Source of the DNA: Callorhinchus milii
Taxonomy: Eukaryota
Length of the DNA stretch: 64,000 nt
Direction: 5' to 3'
Assembly: GCF_018977255.1 (NCBI RefSeq)
Contig: NW_024704742.1
Span: 116,252,001 to 116,316,000 of the forward strand
Every line of letters begins with the position of its first letter. Position 1 is the first letter of the stretch. Made by a program: the position numbers and the translations under genes. Below are positions 12,218-24,741 of this stretch, piece after piece. The notes beneath the pieces were generated by a model. That model had not been told where the DNA came from. It did no database searches and was given only the letters and a program-made list of their open reading frames with translations.

Positions 12218-12773
12218 GTAAGTTGAAATCAGCTACAGGGAGACAACGTATCAATATGAATTAATGTTGGTTAGTTGTACGATTGTATAAGTACTATAGG
12301 GGTGAATCTTTTGGCATTGGTAGAGGTCTTGGCAGTATGACTTTACAATGGGACTTCCGTCTATGAACCTCCAGCACCCAGCAGAGAATGCGATATTCTT
12401 TTGTGTCATGGTCTGCAAATTTAATTGTGAGCAGAGAATGAGCACCAACATGCCACTCCAATGAGGCATGTTACTGTACCGATAACATGAGCGGATAATA
12501 ACAAGTTCTGCCTTTTCAGGACATGTTTATATAATACTTTCACTTCTGCCAACAACTGTGACTAGGTGGAAAGCATCTTTGTAACATATATTTCACCTCA
12601 CATAGTGGGATCAAGCATGCAATTTGAATGTTCAAATTCCTAAAGTATTGAATATGAATTGCACTGATGTGTGAACCCATTGTGCGAACCCATGTCCTCA
12701 CTATATGCATCTGTGAAGTCGCCGTTGATGTTCGACCAGGCAGACTAGCTTATTGATAAGATTTGAAGGAGCA

Positions 12774-15504
12774 ACAACAATAACAAGATTTCATTTATAG
12801 AGCGCCTTTCATGTCAGGAGGACGTCCCAAGGCGCTGGACAGTTGGGTCGGGACCCGAGCAGGGGGGAAATGGTCAGGGTGAGGGGAGGGAAGGGTAGGG
12901 AGCGAGGAGGGGGTAGAGAGACGAGAGGGGAGCTGAAGGCACGGTCGAAGAGAAAGGTCTTGAGACTGGCCTTGAAGGAGGAAAGGGAGGAAGCAAGGCC
13001 AAGGCACTGGGGGCTGAGAGGTTGAAGGCCCGGCCACCGATGGTAGGGCGGTTGGGGCGGGGAATGTGGAACAGACCGGCCTAACGGTACAGGCAGGTAG
13101 GTAAGGGGATAGTAGGTCGGAGAGGTAGGAGGGAGCAAGGCCGTGAATGGCCTTGTAGGTGAGGATGAGGATCTTGAATTCGATCCTCTGGGGAATGGGG
13201 AGCCAGTGGAGGCGAGCGAGGGTGGGAGTGATGTGGTCCGAAGCCTGGTGCGGGACAGTACACGAGCTGCAGAGTTCTGAATGACCTGCAGCTTGTGGAG
13301 GGAGGTGCCGGGAAGGCCGGCGAAGAGAGAGTTCCCATAGTCCAGCCTTGAGGTGATAAAGGCGTGGACCAGTGTTTCAGCAGCGTGAGGGGTGAGGTAG
13401 TGCCATAGTCTGGCGATCTTCTGGAGGTGATGGAAGGCGGTGCCAGTTGTGGCGTGGATATGAAAGGACAGCTCAGGGTCGAACTGAACCCCGAGGTTCC
13501 TGACCGGCTTTGAGAGGTGGAGAGTGCAGCCTTGAATGCTGATGCTGTCAGCATCTGAGGTGCAGAGGCGCTGACACAAACCAATCAGGAGGGCCTCAGT
13601 TTTGCGCACGTTGAGCTGAAGAAAGTTGTCTCTCGTCCAGGACTCAATGTCAGACAGGCAGACTGTCAGTGATGGTGGCAGTTTTTAGGGGAATGGGAAC
13701 AGAGCCAGAGGAGAGGGACAGATTGATGATGTCTGTGAGAAGTGGGGCAAGGAGGTGGAGCTGAGAGATAAGGAGTGGAGTGGGGATGGGGTTAAGGGAG
13801 CAGGTGGTGGGTTTCAGGGACAGGATGAGGTTGGTGACAGAGGGTGGGGAAACAGGTTCGAAGGTGTGTAGGGGAGGATGGGTAGGAGTCAAAGGGGAAG
13901 GGGTGGGTGGAAGTTGGAGGGGCAGTTGCCCCGGAGCGGATTCCCTTGATTTTGGATTCAAGGAAATGCAGCATTTCCTCGCAGTGAGGGTTGGAGGAGA
14001 TGACCTGCGCGGGGTGGCGGGGAGGACGGAGGAGTCGGGATGTGGTAGAGAACAGAAGCCTGGGGTTGTTCTTCGCCTGCAGGATTATTCTGGAGTAGAA
14101 GGACGACTTGGCCGAGGCTAGAGTGGAGCGGTAGATTTTGAGGAGGTCCAGCCAGATTTGTCAGTGGACCGTTAGGCCAGTTTTGAGGCAGGTGCGTTCA
14201 GCGGCCCACAGCTGGCTCTTCAGTGAGCGGAGGTGGGTGGTGAACCAGGGGGAGGAGCGAGAGTAGGAGACAGTACGGGAGGTGATGGGGGCAAGAATGT
14301 CAAGTGTGGAGGAGAGGGTGTTGTGGAGGAGGGTGAATGCAGAAGAGGGGTCAGTGAGGGATGAAGGCCAGAGGGAGAGGAGTTCAGAGGACTCCCAAGG
14401 TAGCGGTTAGGGATTGTGGGGGTAACTTCTTCCAGGGGCGGTAGAAGATGGTGATGGGTCTGGTGGAGGTGGGGAGGTGGGTGGAGGTGGTGAAGGAGAT
14501 GAAGTGGTGATCGGAGACGGTCTTGTCGGTAATGGTGACATCCGAGATACTGAGACCCCGGGTGATCACCAAATCGAGTGGGTGGCCGTGACTGTGAGTG
14601 GCAGAATTGATGTGGAGGGAGAGGAGAGCAGGGAAGAGAAGTCCGAGGAGATGGAGCAGGAGGGGGTGAAGTGCAGGATGAAGTCGCCCAGGATGATGAG
14701 GTGATCAGAGCAGACGCAGAGAGATTTTAGTAGGGTAGACATATCGGAGATGAAGGTGGGAGAGGTTTTAGGGGGCCGGTAGAGGAGGAGGATTTTGAGT
14801 GAGAGATAGGAGGGGTGGGAGAGGGTGAGGTGCTCAAAAGAGGGGAAAGAGTCAGAGGAGTAGGGGGATAGGGAAAGTGGTGTCCTTGAGATAAGGGCTA
14901 CACCACCGCCACAGCGGTTGGGGCGAGGGATGTAGTGGGAGGTGTAGCCGGGTGGTGTGGCCTCCGTGAGGGGGAAGGTGTCACTTGGGGTAAGCCAGGT
15001 TTCCGTTAAGGCCATGATGTCAATGCTTTCATCAAGGATGAGATCGTTGATGACCAGGGCCTTGTTACAGAGGGAGCGGACGTTTTGTAGTCCGATGTGG
15101 AGGGAGCGGTTGACAGAAGGGTGTGTAGAGAGGGAGGGGGATCCAGGTTGTGAGGCAGGGGGTGAGGGGCTCGGGTCAGAGCGGCAGCCATAATGTGCAC
15201 GCGGGGACCGGGAACAAGCGGTCAGGTGGATGGCATTAGCCCATAGGCTGGGTCTGGGGCAGCCAACCCAACAGGACTATGGTGGTCCCTGATGCGAGCC
15301 CTGGGGGTGTGCAGAGGGATTTTTTAGTTTTGTTTTTTTTGACGTGCGCACACTCCTGAAACTAAACTATGACGTCAGCGGTTCCCCCGCTCCGCCCCTC
15401 CCCCTAGCTGAACTTCCTGCCGCCTCGAGCTTTATATTACCTGAAAAGGTAGGCCCAGGCTCCTCCCCGCGTTGTCCTGCCGCCGCTCCTCGTGTGACCA
15501 GTGT
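12774..15504 (-). mobile_element. L2-clade LINE, 2.7 kb, internally deleted, with TSD
   Basis: APE motifs ALTETWL, YRPPK, ILGDF; post-RT region LQLN..KTE, RNLGV, SRLDYGN; (ttg)n tail; GAGCA duplicated at 12769-12773 and 15505-15509; frameshifted. Confidence 0.93.
15335..15504. promoter_or_regulatory. CpG-rich promoter-like 5' end of the L2 element
   Basis: CRE TGACGTCA 15370-15377, GC box ctccgcccc 15390-15398, ETS acttcc 15412-15417; CpG-dense in an otherwise CpG-poor window. Confidence 0.45.
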
Positions 15505-15997
15505 GAGCAGACCAGTCACTGCTGGGATTCTTTCCATTCGGCATCTTTTAACGCTGCAAGCCAAAAGCAAATTCCTAATTGGTAAGGTGGTCCTAGTTGG
15601 ACAAGCAGTGACATGCTTGGCAATGTTTGCAATGGCAAGTAGCGCAGATTAATCTATAACAGTACCATAGCCTCAGCTCTTGCCAATCTGCACCTAAACT
15701 CTCCGGGATTTGTCAAGCAGAGTGTATCCCTCCAGCGAGATGGTGTGTACTCTGTATCAGACAAATAAATACCATATATACATGGAGACTGTTTTTTGAC
15801 AATCTATGCCTAATACTTTCTGGAATTGGGTAAGCAGGATGTGTCACTCCAGGCAGAGAGTGCACATTTCATTCCAACAATTTATCTCTGGAATTTCAAT
15901 ATATAGGTGGGTGCATGAAACTCTGTTTGGATTCGAAACTCTTAAGCATGGTAATGGGTTTCTACATGTGTCAGACATCTGGCTGACCAAAAAAAAA
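15505..15997 (+). mobile_element. Unclassified poly(A)-tailed repeat, split by the L2 insertion
   Basis: Ends acatgtgtcagacatctggctgacc(a)9; its other part lies at about 12725-12773. Confidence 0.7.
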
Positions 15998-16760
15998 CAT
16001 GTGTACTCTCAAGCAGGAAATTGCTTCATTATTTGTTCCTCTGACTGTGTTCAGAAACCTTTCCTTGAATTGCATCCTTTCAGATGGTGTTATAGTATTG
16101 ACATCTCCTCAGTAACTGAGGCTGTTTTTCCAGCATTCACATTTTTTTTTCTTTCCAGCTCTATTATCGGCATCAACCATGAGACTTCATTACCTTAGAC
16201 AGTGGCCGGTAAAACACCCCATTTCAATGTAGCTTCTCAGCTCTGCTATGCTGCAAGACTTGCTCTTTCCTTTCAGAAGCCACTTCTTCTGTTCCTTCCT
16301 CCTCCCCCCATAGTAACTGATCACAACAAACTATCATTGGACTCGCACATGTTTGCGAGAATTTAAGTCTTGGGATCAAACTCTGTGTATACTGTAAGAA
16401 GTATTCCTTAGTTTTGCTTAATAGATAAGTTTGTTTTTGCACGTAAATGCCAGGAGCTTTGATAGCTTGGTGGAAATTGTAGTTCTCAAAAGCTGGCTCA
16501 TAGCAATTGTTTGTAAAAGCACACGCTGCCCTTCTTTGATCCCATAGTGACCACAGACCAACGCAAACATCAGCAGGGGTTCTGGCGAAGGTCCACATTT
16601 ATGCAGCGCCATCTGCCTTTATTTGCAAGAACTGATCAGTGTGGAGCGGTGACAAATTTGCAACAAGTTTGCTTTGTTCTTATTTGGCTGTTCTCATAAA
16701 TCACAGCAGTAACGCACACAAGCAAAAGTTTATGTCCACTTTTCATGTCTCCCCTAATAG

Positions 16761-16894
16761 ATGCCTCTGACACAAGGACTCCAAGCTCTCTCTCCCCTGT
16801 TACAGATTCCGAGGGGAGAAGTGGTTCTGAGTCTTCTGTGATGCAGTCCGACAGTGAGGTGCACCGGCCCGGATCAGACATAGGTATACAGAAG
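16761..16894 (+). CDS. ARHGEF28: RhoGEF coding exon (Ser-rich linker): ASDTRTPSSLSPVTDSEGRSGSESSVMQSDSEVHRPGSDIGIQK
   Basis: cctaatag acceptor, gtaagg donor at 16895; 134 nt, phase 1/0, which bridges the flanking exon phases; low sequence conservation. Confidence 0.75.
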
Positions 16895-18307
16895 GTAAGG
16901 AGTCTGTATGCATCTGATTTCCTTTGCTTGTCAGTAGCCTCCAGACAGTGCGGAAAACACATAATTGGCTGTCTTTTCCTATCCACGCTGGAGGATTTGA
17001 TTCTGGTTATTGCTCCAGACATTGCTCAAACATCCACATGTTATGAATATTGAAGCTGCTGTACCTTTTTTGGGGGCCAAACTTTCTCTTGGAATGATAT
17101 TTCCCTTAAATATTCCAGATATTATTCAGCTACATCTGCAGCTTTCTTTTCTCTCTCCCCCCACTCCTCACCGTGCCCCCATCCCCACCCAACTCCTCCC
17201 TTCCAATAACATATTTGTTCTAGCTTTAAATTTATTGTTGCATCATTCAACATGATTTAAAAGCAAAGCCAATGAATTCAAAGTTGCTATTGAAAAGCCA
17301 CCATTAAAATCATAAAGAAAGCATCTCAAGATTGTTGAGATCTGCTGGAAACCAGTGGGATATCACTGGAATCGAGAAGCCACTCCCAGTTGTTATTGTT
17401 GTTTGGAAACTAATGTTATGAAAATGAACAAGACTATTGTTCTAGACTGTGCAGACTCTTGTTGGGAGGGAGGAGTGTTCAAGGTAGCTCATCCTCATCT
17501 GCTTTCGCAAATCACATTTCCAATAGCTACTGGGCACTGATGTCAAATGTAGCACCCTTACTGTCACCCTGCCTGAGATTAGCTATTTCAGAATAAACTG
17601 CAGATCAAACTTGTCACCTTCTGGTCTGTGTAGCTTTATGTGACAATGACCAGTCCCTTTACCTCTTCGAGGATCTCAGATATCCATTGGATTGTTAGGG
17701 ACCCACCATCCACAACGTGGATGTAACTCACAATAACACTGTAACATACATGGTGAAACCTCCTAATATTTCTAGGAATCGAACTCATTTCATTAGACTG
17801 GGTTACAAAGTAAAAATCAGGCAGAGTTTCCACTCCTGACTCTTTTTGTGACCTATATTGAAATGTTTGGGTTTGCAGGCCCTGATTCGGCTGTAACCCT
17901 CTCTTGATCGAATAGGCTGCTTGGGCTCACTGTCACTGATCATGTATGAAGAATGGCAACTTTGATGAAAGGCCAGAGCCCTTGGAACAATAATCCACCA
18001 TGTAGGAAAGTGGAGGAAAAAAAGGCGAATGTTTCGAGAGAAATCTCATTTGTTTGATTGTCATTTACCTATCCACCATCTACCGCTTAATATGACAACA
18101 GGCAATTAAAGAAGAGCGTAAGCACAGAAACACTTTCACAAAGTGCCTTAAATCAAGATATTCACAGATTTGATGTACTAATACTGATTTCCAGTTTACG
18201 AATATCTTAACTGTTTCAATTGTAGTATTTGGAAAATCTCAAATGATTGATTCGGCACTTATTTTTGCTAATGGCCTTTTATTTTGCTATTGATTTTGTT
18301 TGCTTTT

Positions 18308-18875
18308 ACAACAGTAACAACAGCTTGCATTTGTATAGCGCCTCCACGCAGGGTAGCATCTCAGAGCGCTTAACAGTGGCGGAGCCTGACTCTGAGCCGG
18401 AGGTGTGGGGAGGGGCGGGGGGGTGTGGGAGGAGGTGGCCGTAAGCACGGTCGAAGAAGAAAGTTTTCAGGTGGGACTTGAAAGAGGGGAGAGAGGGGGC
18501 AAGGCTGAGGGGTTCAGTGGGAGTGTTGCATAGTTTTGGTGCGTAGTGGTTGAAAGCATGACCTCCGATGGGGTGGAGGGTGCGAGGGACGAGCAGGAGG
18601 CCGGTGTCAGACGAGCAGAGGAGCGGGGTGGTGGATTGGGGAGTGAGGAGGTTGGAGAGGTAGGGAGGTGCAGAGAGTGAAGGGATTTGAACACAAGTGT
18701 GAGGATCTTGAAGTCGATCCGTTCCGCGATGGAGAGCCAGTAGAGCTTGGCCAGAACTGGTGAGGTGTGGGTACAGAATTTGATCCGGGTCAGTATGTGG
18801 GCGGCAGAGTTTTGAATGAACTAGATCTTTTGAATGGTGTAGCAGGGGAGACCGGTGAGGAGTGCGTTGGAGTAA
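18308..18875 (-). mobile_element. L2-clade LINE 3' fragment (second, older subfamily)
   Basis: Tail caacagcttgcatttgtatagcgcc; reverse strand encodes degraded QNSAA...HITPVLAKLYWL...IDFKILTLVFKSLH. Confidence 0.8.
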
Positions 18876-21800
18876 TCATTTTAGCTAGTTATTTAGCTGG
18901 TCCTTGTGCTAAAACCTTCTCAAAATTTTACAGAGGCTTAAGACTTTTGTATAGAATGGAGATGTCTGGAATTTGAAATAAAGGATATTATCCTTCAGGG
19001 CAGATCGGTTATTTCCAGTGTTTGGAGAAGTCCTACCAGGCACCCATTTGATTGCCTTTGTACATCTTGAAATCTGTTTAATTTCACCATAATGTGTGTG
19101 TGTAAAAGTTATTCACACCTGACAATTATGTGGTATTTTTCTGCACTGCCTTCATTCTGTCGCAACTTTTGACGATATACTTTCTTTACAACTATGACAC
19201 AATATTTTGTGCATCAGAATTCAGTCCGTTACATGCAGAATTCGTCAAACTTGACCTCTCTTGTTAAGACCAGTTTTGCTGGTTTAGGGATGAATGACTT
19301 GGACTTGTATAGCTAGCAGCTTTCACCTTGAGCAATGCCTCAAAGCACTTTATAATAATAAATAAGAATAATAATCCTTGCACTTGATATAACGCCTTAT
19401 AACGTCTTTGAGAAGTCTCAAAGCGCTTCACAGAAAATACTGTAAAGTGAATTGACAGTATATTTTGTGGGCAAAACGTGGCTAGTTGGAATTGTGAGCA
19501 AGGTAGAAAGGTGGAGGAAATTGATTGAAGGATTGTCAAAGAGGAAGGTTTTTAGAAGAGAATTGAAAGCTGAGAGGGAGGGTGCAAGGCAGAGTGGGGA
19601 GGGGGGGAGAAGTTCCAGTGAAGGAGTATAATAGCTGAAAGCATCAAGTGGAGATCATGACGGGGGGTGTTGGGGAGAGAGCAAGCTAAATTGGAAGAAA
19701 GGTTTTCCACTGTCCCTTACTATGTGCCTCTTCATCAATGTCTCGGTGTAGAGGGACCACTGGGCTGCCTGGGTCATCTGTAACATGGGTGTGGGGGTCA
19801 AAGATTGAAAAAGTATGTCATAATAACTAAGATAACTTCTGTAATTGAGTCTAATAATGATAAAATTGAAATATAAATATATACAGTATAGTTGAAATTA
19901 CCTAATTCAAAATAAATTCCTGTATCCAGTACCTACACTAGTTTATTTGCTCTGATGATAATAAATAGCAGTAGCAAGTTGCCATCATTGAAGAAAGCTT
20001 GTTTTTTAAATCTTGACTTTGACTTGAATTTAACTTTAGCTTGTCCTCAGTGGGTCAGTTTTTACTAATTCCTAACTGTACCATTAGATGGCATACTTCA
20101 CCTCAGGCTCGGCAATCATCAGGGAGGCAGACAGTGGAGCAGCATTGGAAGCTGTAGTGGACATGGCTGTGCCTTGACTGGCTCCAGACGGAGGACAGAG
20201 AGATCAGTGCCTGGGACATAGAGAAGGTTCAATTTAAGAAGTAAATAGTAATAGTAATAAAAATGATTTTAGATAACACACTTGTATTTGACAAGTGTCT
20301 TATCACATCAAAACATCCTGCAGAGTTTCAGTGAGTTATTTTGAAGTATAGCGACTGTTGCTTGGGTAAATCTGCACCATCAATATCCCACAAGTTGATA
20401 CACGTTGCATGGTCAAATATAATCTGCTTTCCTGATGAATTTAGATAAGGGCTAAAACAGCATTCCCATGATCATCCACAAATGATTTTATGTGGCTTTG
20501 TGATGTCTTGCCTAATTTCTTGTGATGGGATCTTTATGGTCAACCTGATAATTTCATATCGTCTGGTTGACACTTTTAATATAATTTATTAAATGCTAAA
20601 TTAATTATACACTAAATACAATATATTTAGTTGATATTCACCTAAAAGTATTAAATAACTACGCAGAACAGAATTTTTACTTGGGTGCAAAGCATATGTT
20701 TCAAACATTGTATTATTGTACACAGAAGTATAATGTTTTCATCGCAAGTTGCAAAAAATGCATTCGCTCACACTTTCTGTATTTGCACCTAATGTGCACG
20801 CAGCCGCATGATGTTTCCTTTGTGTTGTTTATAATCTAGGAATAAAGATAAAATAATTCATTCATCCAGATAAGGAGTTTCCAGATAGGGAGGGAAATGA
20901 TACTTTGTATGGATTCCAGTTTGGGAAAATGATAAGGAATTACAGTGACAGGAATTAAATCACAAAACCATTTGTAGATGATTCATCTTTCAAACTGCGC
21001 TGTCATCATGTTCATCTGGTCTATTGATAAACTCTTGCTTCTGAATAGGGGTAGTAAAGTAACCCATCCCACCTCCCTCCTCGGAAACCATTATTTACTA
21101 GCGTGAAATATTAGCCTGCCCATTGTTGCACAAGTTTGTCATTTTGCTAAATTATAAAGGAAGTCAATTTTGACAGATTTCCGATCTGCAATTGTGGTTT
21201 GCTGCCACGAGATGGCAATTGAACAGTGAAGGTTTAGGTTCTCATTGGTTGTGTTTTTAACACTGATTCCACAGTTTGTTAAATTACTTCAGAAAGAGCC
21301 TATTTTGTGCATCGTGTTATTAATTTTCAGTGGTTCAGTAGGAATGCATGGTTTTACAAGAAAAAAAATCTCGGCAATGAAGTGTGAAAGTGATGTTACT
21401 GATTTTTTTTGTCATTATTTTATATTCACAAGAGAGGTTCAGATGAAGAAGACCCTTCATCCCACTTGATCTCGTCCTTCCAGATACTACTCCTACCTTC
21501 TTCCCATTGCAGAATCAAACTGTTTTTTAATTGAGCGCAGTATTCTGGCCTACTTCCCAATATTTGTAACCCAATTCCAGCTGTTGATTACTCTGTGTAA
21601 AGAAATATTTCCCGATACTTGTCCTAAAATTGCACATCACAACCCTCAACCTGTCCAAATTGCCTTGATATATCTGAAAGTAATCATTGTCATGTTTGTA
21701 TGTGCATTTCTTGAAGAAGTACCTTTGTATTGTTTGCCCTGCGTTGCACTTTTGTTTCCCTGTCTTTCTGACCACCGCAGGGTGAAACCTTTTCTTGGCT

Positions 21801-23238
21801 TTGATATCTGTTGTGAATGAATCCACAATAATTCAACATCCAATTGCCTGTCAATTTTCATGGGTATTGATGGTAGATACTTAAAGTGATATAACACATT
21901 CTTCATGTGCTTCCTGTGCCTAACAGATGGGAGATGGCAGCTGAAACGTATATTGCCTGAGGCAGGATGATATTTCCTTGTGCACTCAAACCCCCATTGT
22001 TTTCAATGTGAGAACAAATCGCCGTCACAAGCTATCTCATAGAACTAATCTCAGACAAATAAGAGTTATTCAATCTCTTCCTGTCCAACTCCCCCCGCCA
22101 CCCCAATTGTATTTTTATAACATTCTCTGGCGTTGAACTGTCTTGAATTGGTTCATAATAATTACTGTCCAGTTTAGTGACAGCTTCTATAGACAAATGC
22201 AGTGGCTATTTGCAACAATAAAATCTCACAAGCAGCCATAAAATGAATGGCAAATTAACCTGGGTTTTTGGCCAGGGCATTGAGTGAAACTTTTTGAACA
22301 GTGTCATGGAATCTCTAATGCCTATCTGGAAGCAGGAATATGGGACCTTGGGTTAACATTTTATTACAAAAGGATGGCACCTCCTGCAACAAAGCACTTC
22401 CCCAATACTGCACTTGGGATGTCTTCTGACGTGAAAGGCACTATGCAAAATGTGAGTTGTTGTAGTTGGAGTGTCAACATTGATTGTGAGTTCAAGCCCC
22501 AAAATAGAGCTTGAACCCATAACCTTCTGAGCCAGAGATCTATCGATTAAGCCACGCTGACTCCATACTGAGTTGTCTAAAGTGGTTTCAAGAACTCGGG
22601 CCCAACCATTACCCTCAACCACAACATTAGATCCTGCTAATTGATCTGCTGTTCCGTTACTTTATTTCTCATATTCTTATACTGAATAGAGTACCAAGGG
22701 TTACTAGAATCTAGGGAACGGAGAAATGAGGAAAGGCCAGGTCCACTGGGACTTGCCTCTTGCACTGATAGAGATCTTATAAAGGAAGGGATTGCAATAT
22801 TGGAATTCAGACATGTTTCTCTACTCTGCAGAAAATACCAGAAATCACAATCATGACAACAAAAGAGAATTTAAATGATGCACTCACCTTGTAAGGGAAC
22901 CCACATTATAATGACAATTATACAATAGGATTCCACAGTATGTGAAACAGACTGTCAACAGTGGGGGAATGACGAGGCGTTTTAAAAAGGAATTGGACAA
23001 TTTTCTGCACTCAGCTTCAGGTTTAGTCAAACTCGAACAATTCACCAACGATCCCAGTAACCCTGGCTACAATGAGTCACTATAACACACTCCACTACAA
23101 TGCAGTCTCATTTTTTAAGCACCACAAATATCACATTATGATGAAGCTGAACTACATTTAATCAGAGACACTAATCACACCAGGCACTGATTCACTCTGT
23201 GCAACTTACTAAATGGCTGTTTTCATCTGTCTTTTCAG

Positions 23239-23286
23239 ATCATTCACAGTGTTCAGAATCTCACTCAGCTTCTGTACAGTTTGCAG
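23239..23286 (+). CDS. ARHGEF28: RhoGEF coding exon: IIHSVQNLTQLLYSLQ
   Basis: cttttcag acceptor, gtgaga donor; 48 nt, phase 0/0; matches the recalled IIQAIQNLTRLLYSLQ motif. Confidence 0.93.
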
Positions 23287-24190
23287 GTGAGATGGTTTTG
23301 TTATTTTAATTAAATATGCGCATCTCAGAGCGGTTATATCCCTTGATGCTTAAATTTACAAAAAGTTAAAGATATCTACTGTCGGTCAATAGAATTCTAA
23401 CAATAATTGGTGCCAGACAGATGACTTTTGTGGGAAGGGGGTAGGTGACTTTATTTCTATACTCCTGAACTGTTGGTTTATCATCCATGAGAGTATGTTC
23501 CATCAGCAAGGCAGGGAATGTACTACATGTATGTTCTTCTTTGCCTTAAGCCTGCCAGGCAATGTATGCTACTCAGTTTTAGCTGATTAAATTCCAGGAA
23601 TGTTCCAAATCACACTCTGAGGTCCCCAAACCTTGACTCTGGTCAATGTGCACCTAATACTTTCCCGGATTAGGTGATCAGGATACATCTCTCTGGAGAG
23701 AGAGGGGCAAGATTGTGGAAGGGTTGTGAAAGCTGCCATCAACACATGATGATCAATCTTGTCTCCACTATAATTACAAGCTGAAGCAAAATTCTCACTA
23801 GCTTTTAAAAGGGGATTGCACAATTATTTGTTAAAGAAAAATTGTAAAAGTATATGGAGTTGGGTGATTGCACTAATTGGATATTTCTTTTAGCTGGCAC
23901 AGGACTGATGGGCTGAATGCCTTCTGTCTGCTATAATATTTTGATTCTACAAATTGGGGAAACAACATGGCATTTCTGGCTGAGAAAAGAGATTTAAATA
24001 TGTATCAAATATATATATATATGTGAAAAACCTTTATTAAAACATTCTATCTCTATAGGATTAAGACGTTAGCTTAACGCGGTCTAAAAAGTGTGATATA
24101 CAGAGATTACATTGTAGTTTTTGTTTAGAACTAGCAGGTGCCAATGCAGATCCAGCATTTAGAACAGCTCACGGTTCTCTTCTCTTCCAG

Positions 24191-24679
24191 GCTGTTGTGT
24201 CAATACAGGACAGTTGCATTGAAGTGCAGAGGCTCATCTTACAGGAGCGCGAGCGACCACCTCACAACCACGGGCCTCGAGGAAGCCTGCTGCTCGAGCA
24301 AGAGAAACAGCGCAACCTGGAGAAGCAGAGGGAGGAATTGGTGAATGTCCGCAAGCTTCAGCACCAGCTTCAGCAAGAGCAGCAGCGCTGGGAGCTGGAG
24401 TGCGAGTGGAGACAGCGGGAGCAGGAAGCGCAAGCGAACAGGCTGCAGGAGCGCGAGCGGGAATGCCAACAACAGGCGGAGCAGTTGCGGAAGGAGCAGG
24501 AAGATCTGCAGAGCCAGTGGAAAGAGTACCAGCAGAACTCAGAGCGGCTAAGGGAGGGCATGAAGTTGGTGGAGAAGAATAAGGAGAGGGTGCAGCTGCA
24601 GCAGAGGCAACTCAATGCCTGTAAACATGAGCGGCAGCGGAGTTTGCCAGTAATGATGTTCCCACAGGAAAACAGTCAG
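24191..24679 (+). CDS. ARHGEF28: RhoGEF coding exon (coiled coil): AVVSIQDSCIEVQRL...EELVNVRKLQHQLQQEQQRW...KHERQRSLPVMMFPQENSQ
   Basis: ctcttccag acceptor, gtataa donor at 24680; 489 nt, phase 0/0; Q/E/R-rich coiled coil ending in an RQRSLP motif. Confidence 0.95.
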
Positions 24680-24741
24680 GTATAATGCAATTATACTTTA
24701 AATCCTTTCACAACCTAGTACCTAGCTAACAGGCCTCCTGC

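Noticed and set aside
13780..14704. Gly/Glu-rich + strand ORFs
   Set aside because: Antisense reading of the C-rich L2 ORF2.
20088..20226. GC-richer stretch after an AG, resembling an exon
   Set aside because: Stops in all three frames before a plausible donor, and the flanking exons already join in phase.
24239..24615. Antisense and alternate-frame ORFs over the coiled-coil exon
   Set aside because: Shadow ORFs caused by CAG/GAG-rich codon usage.
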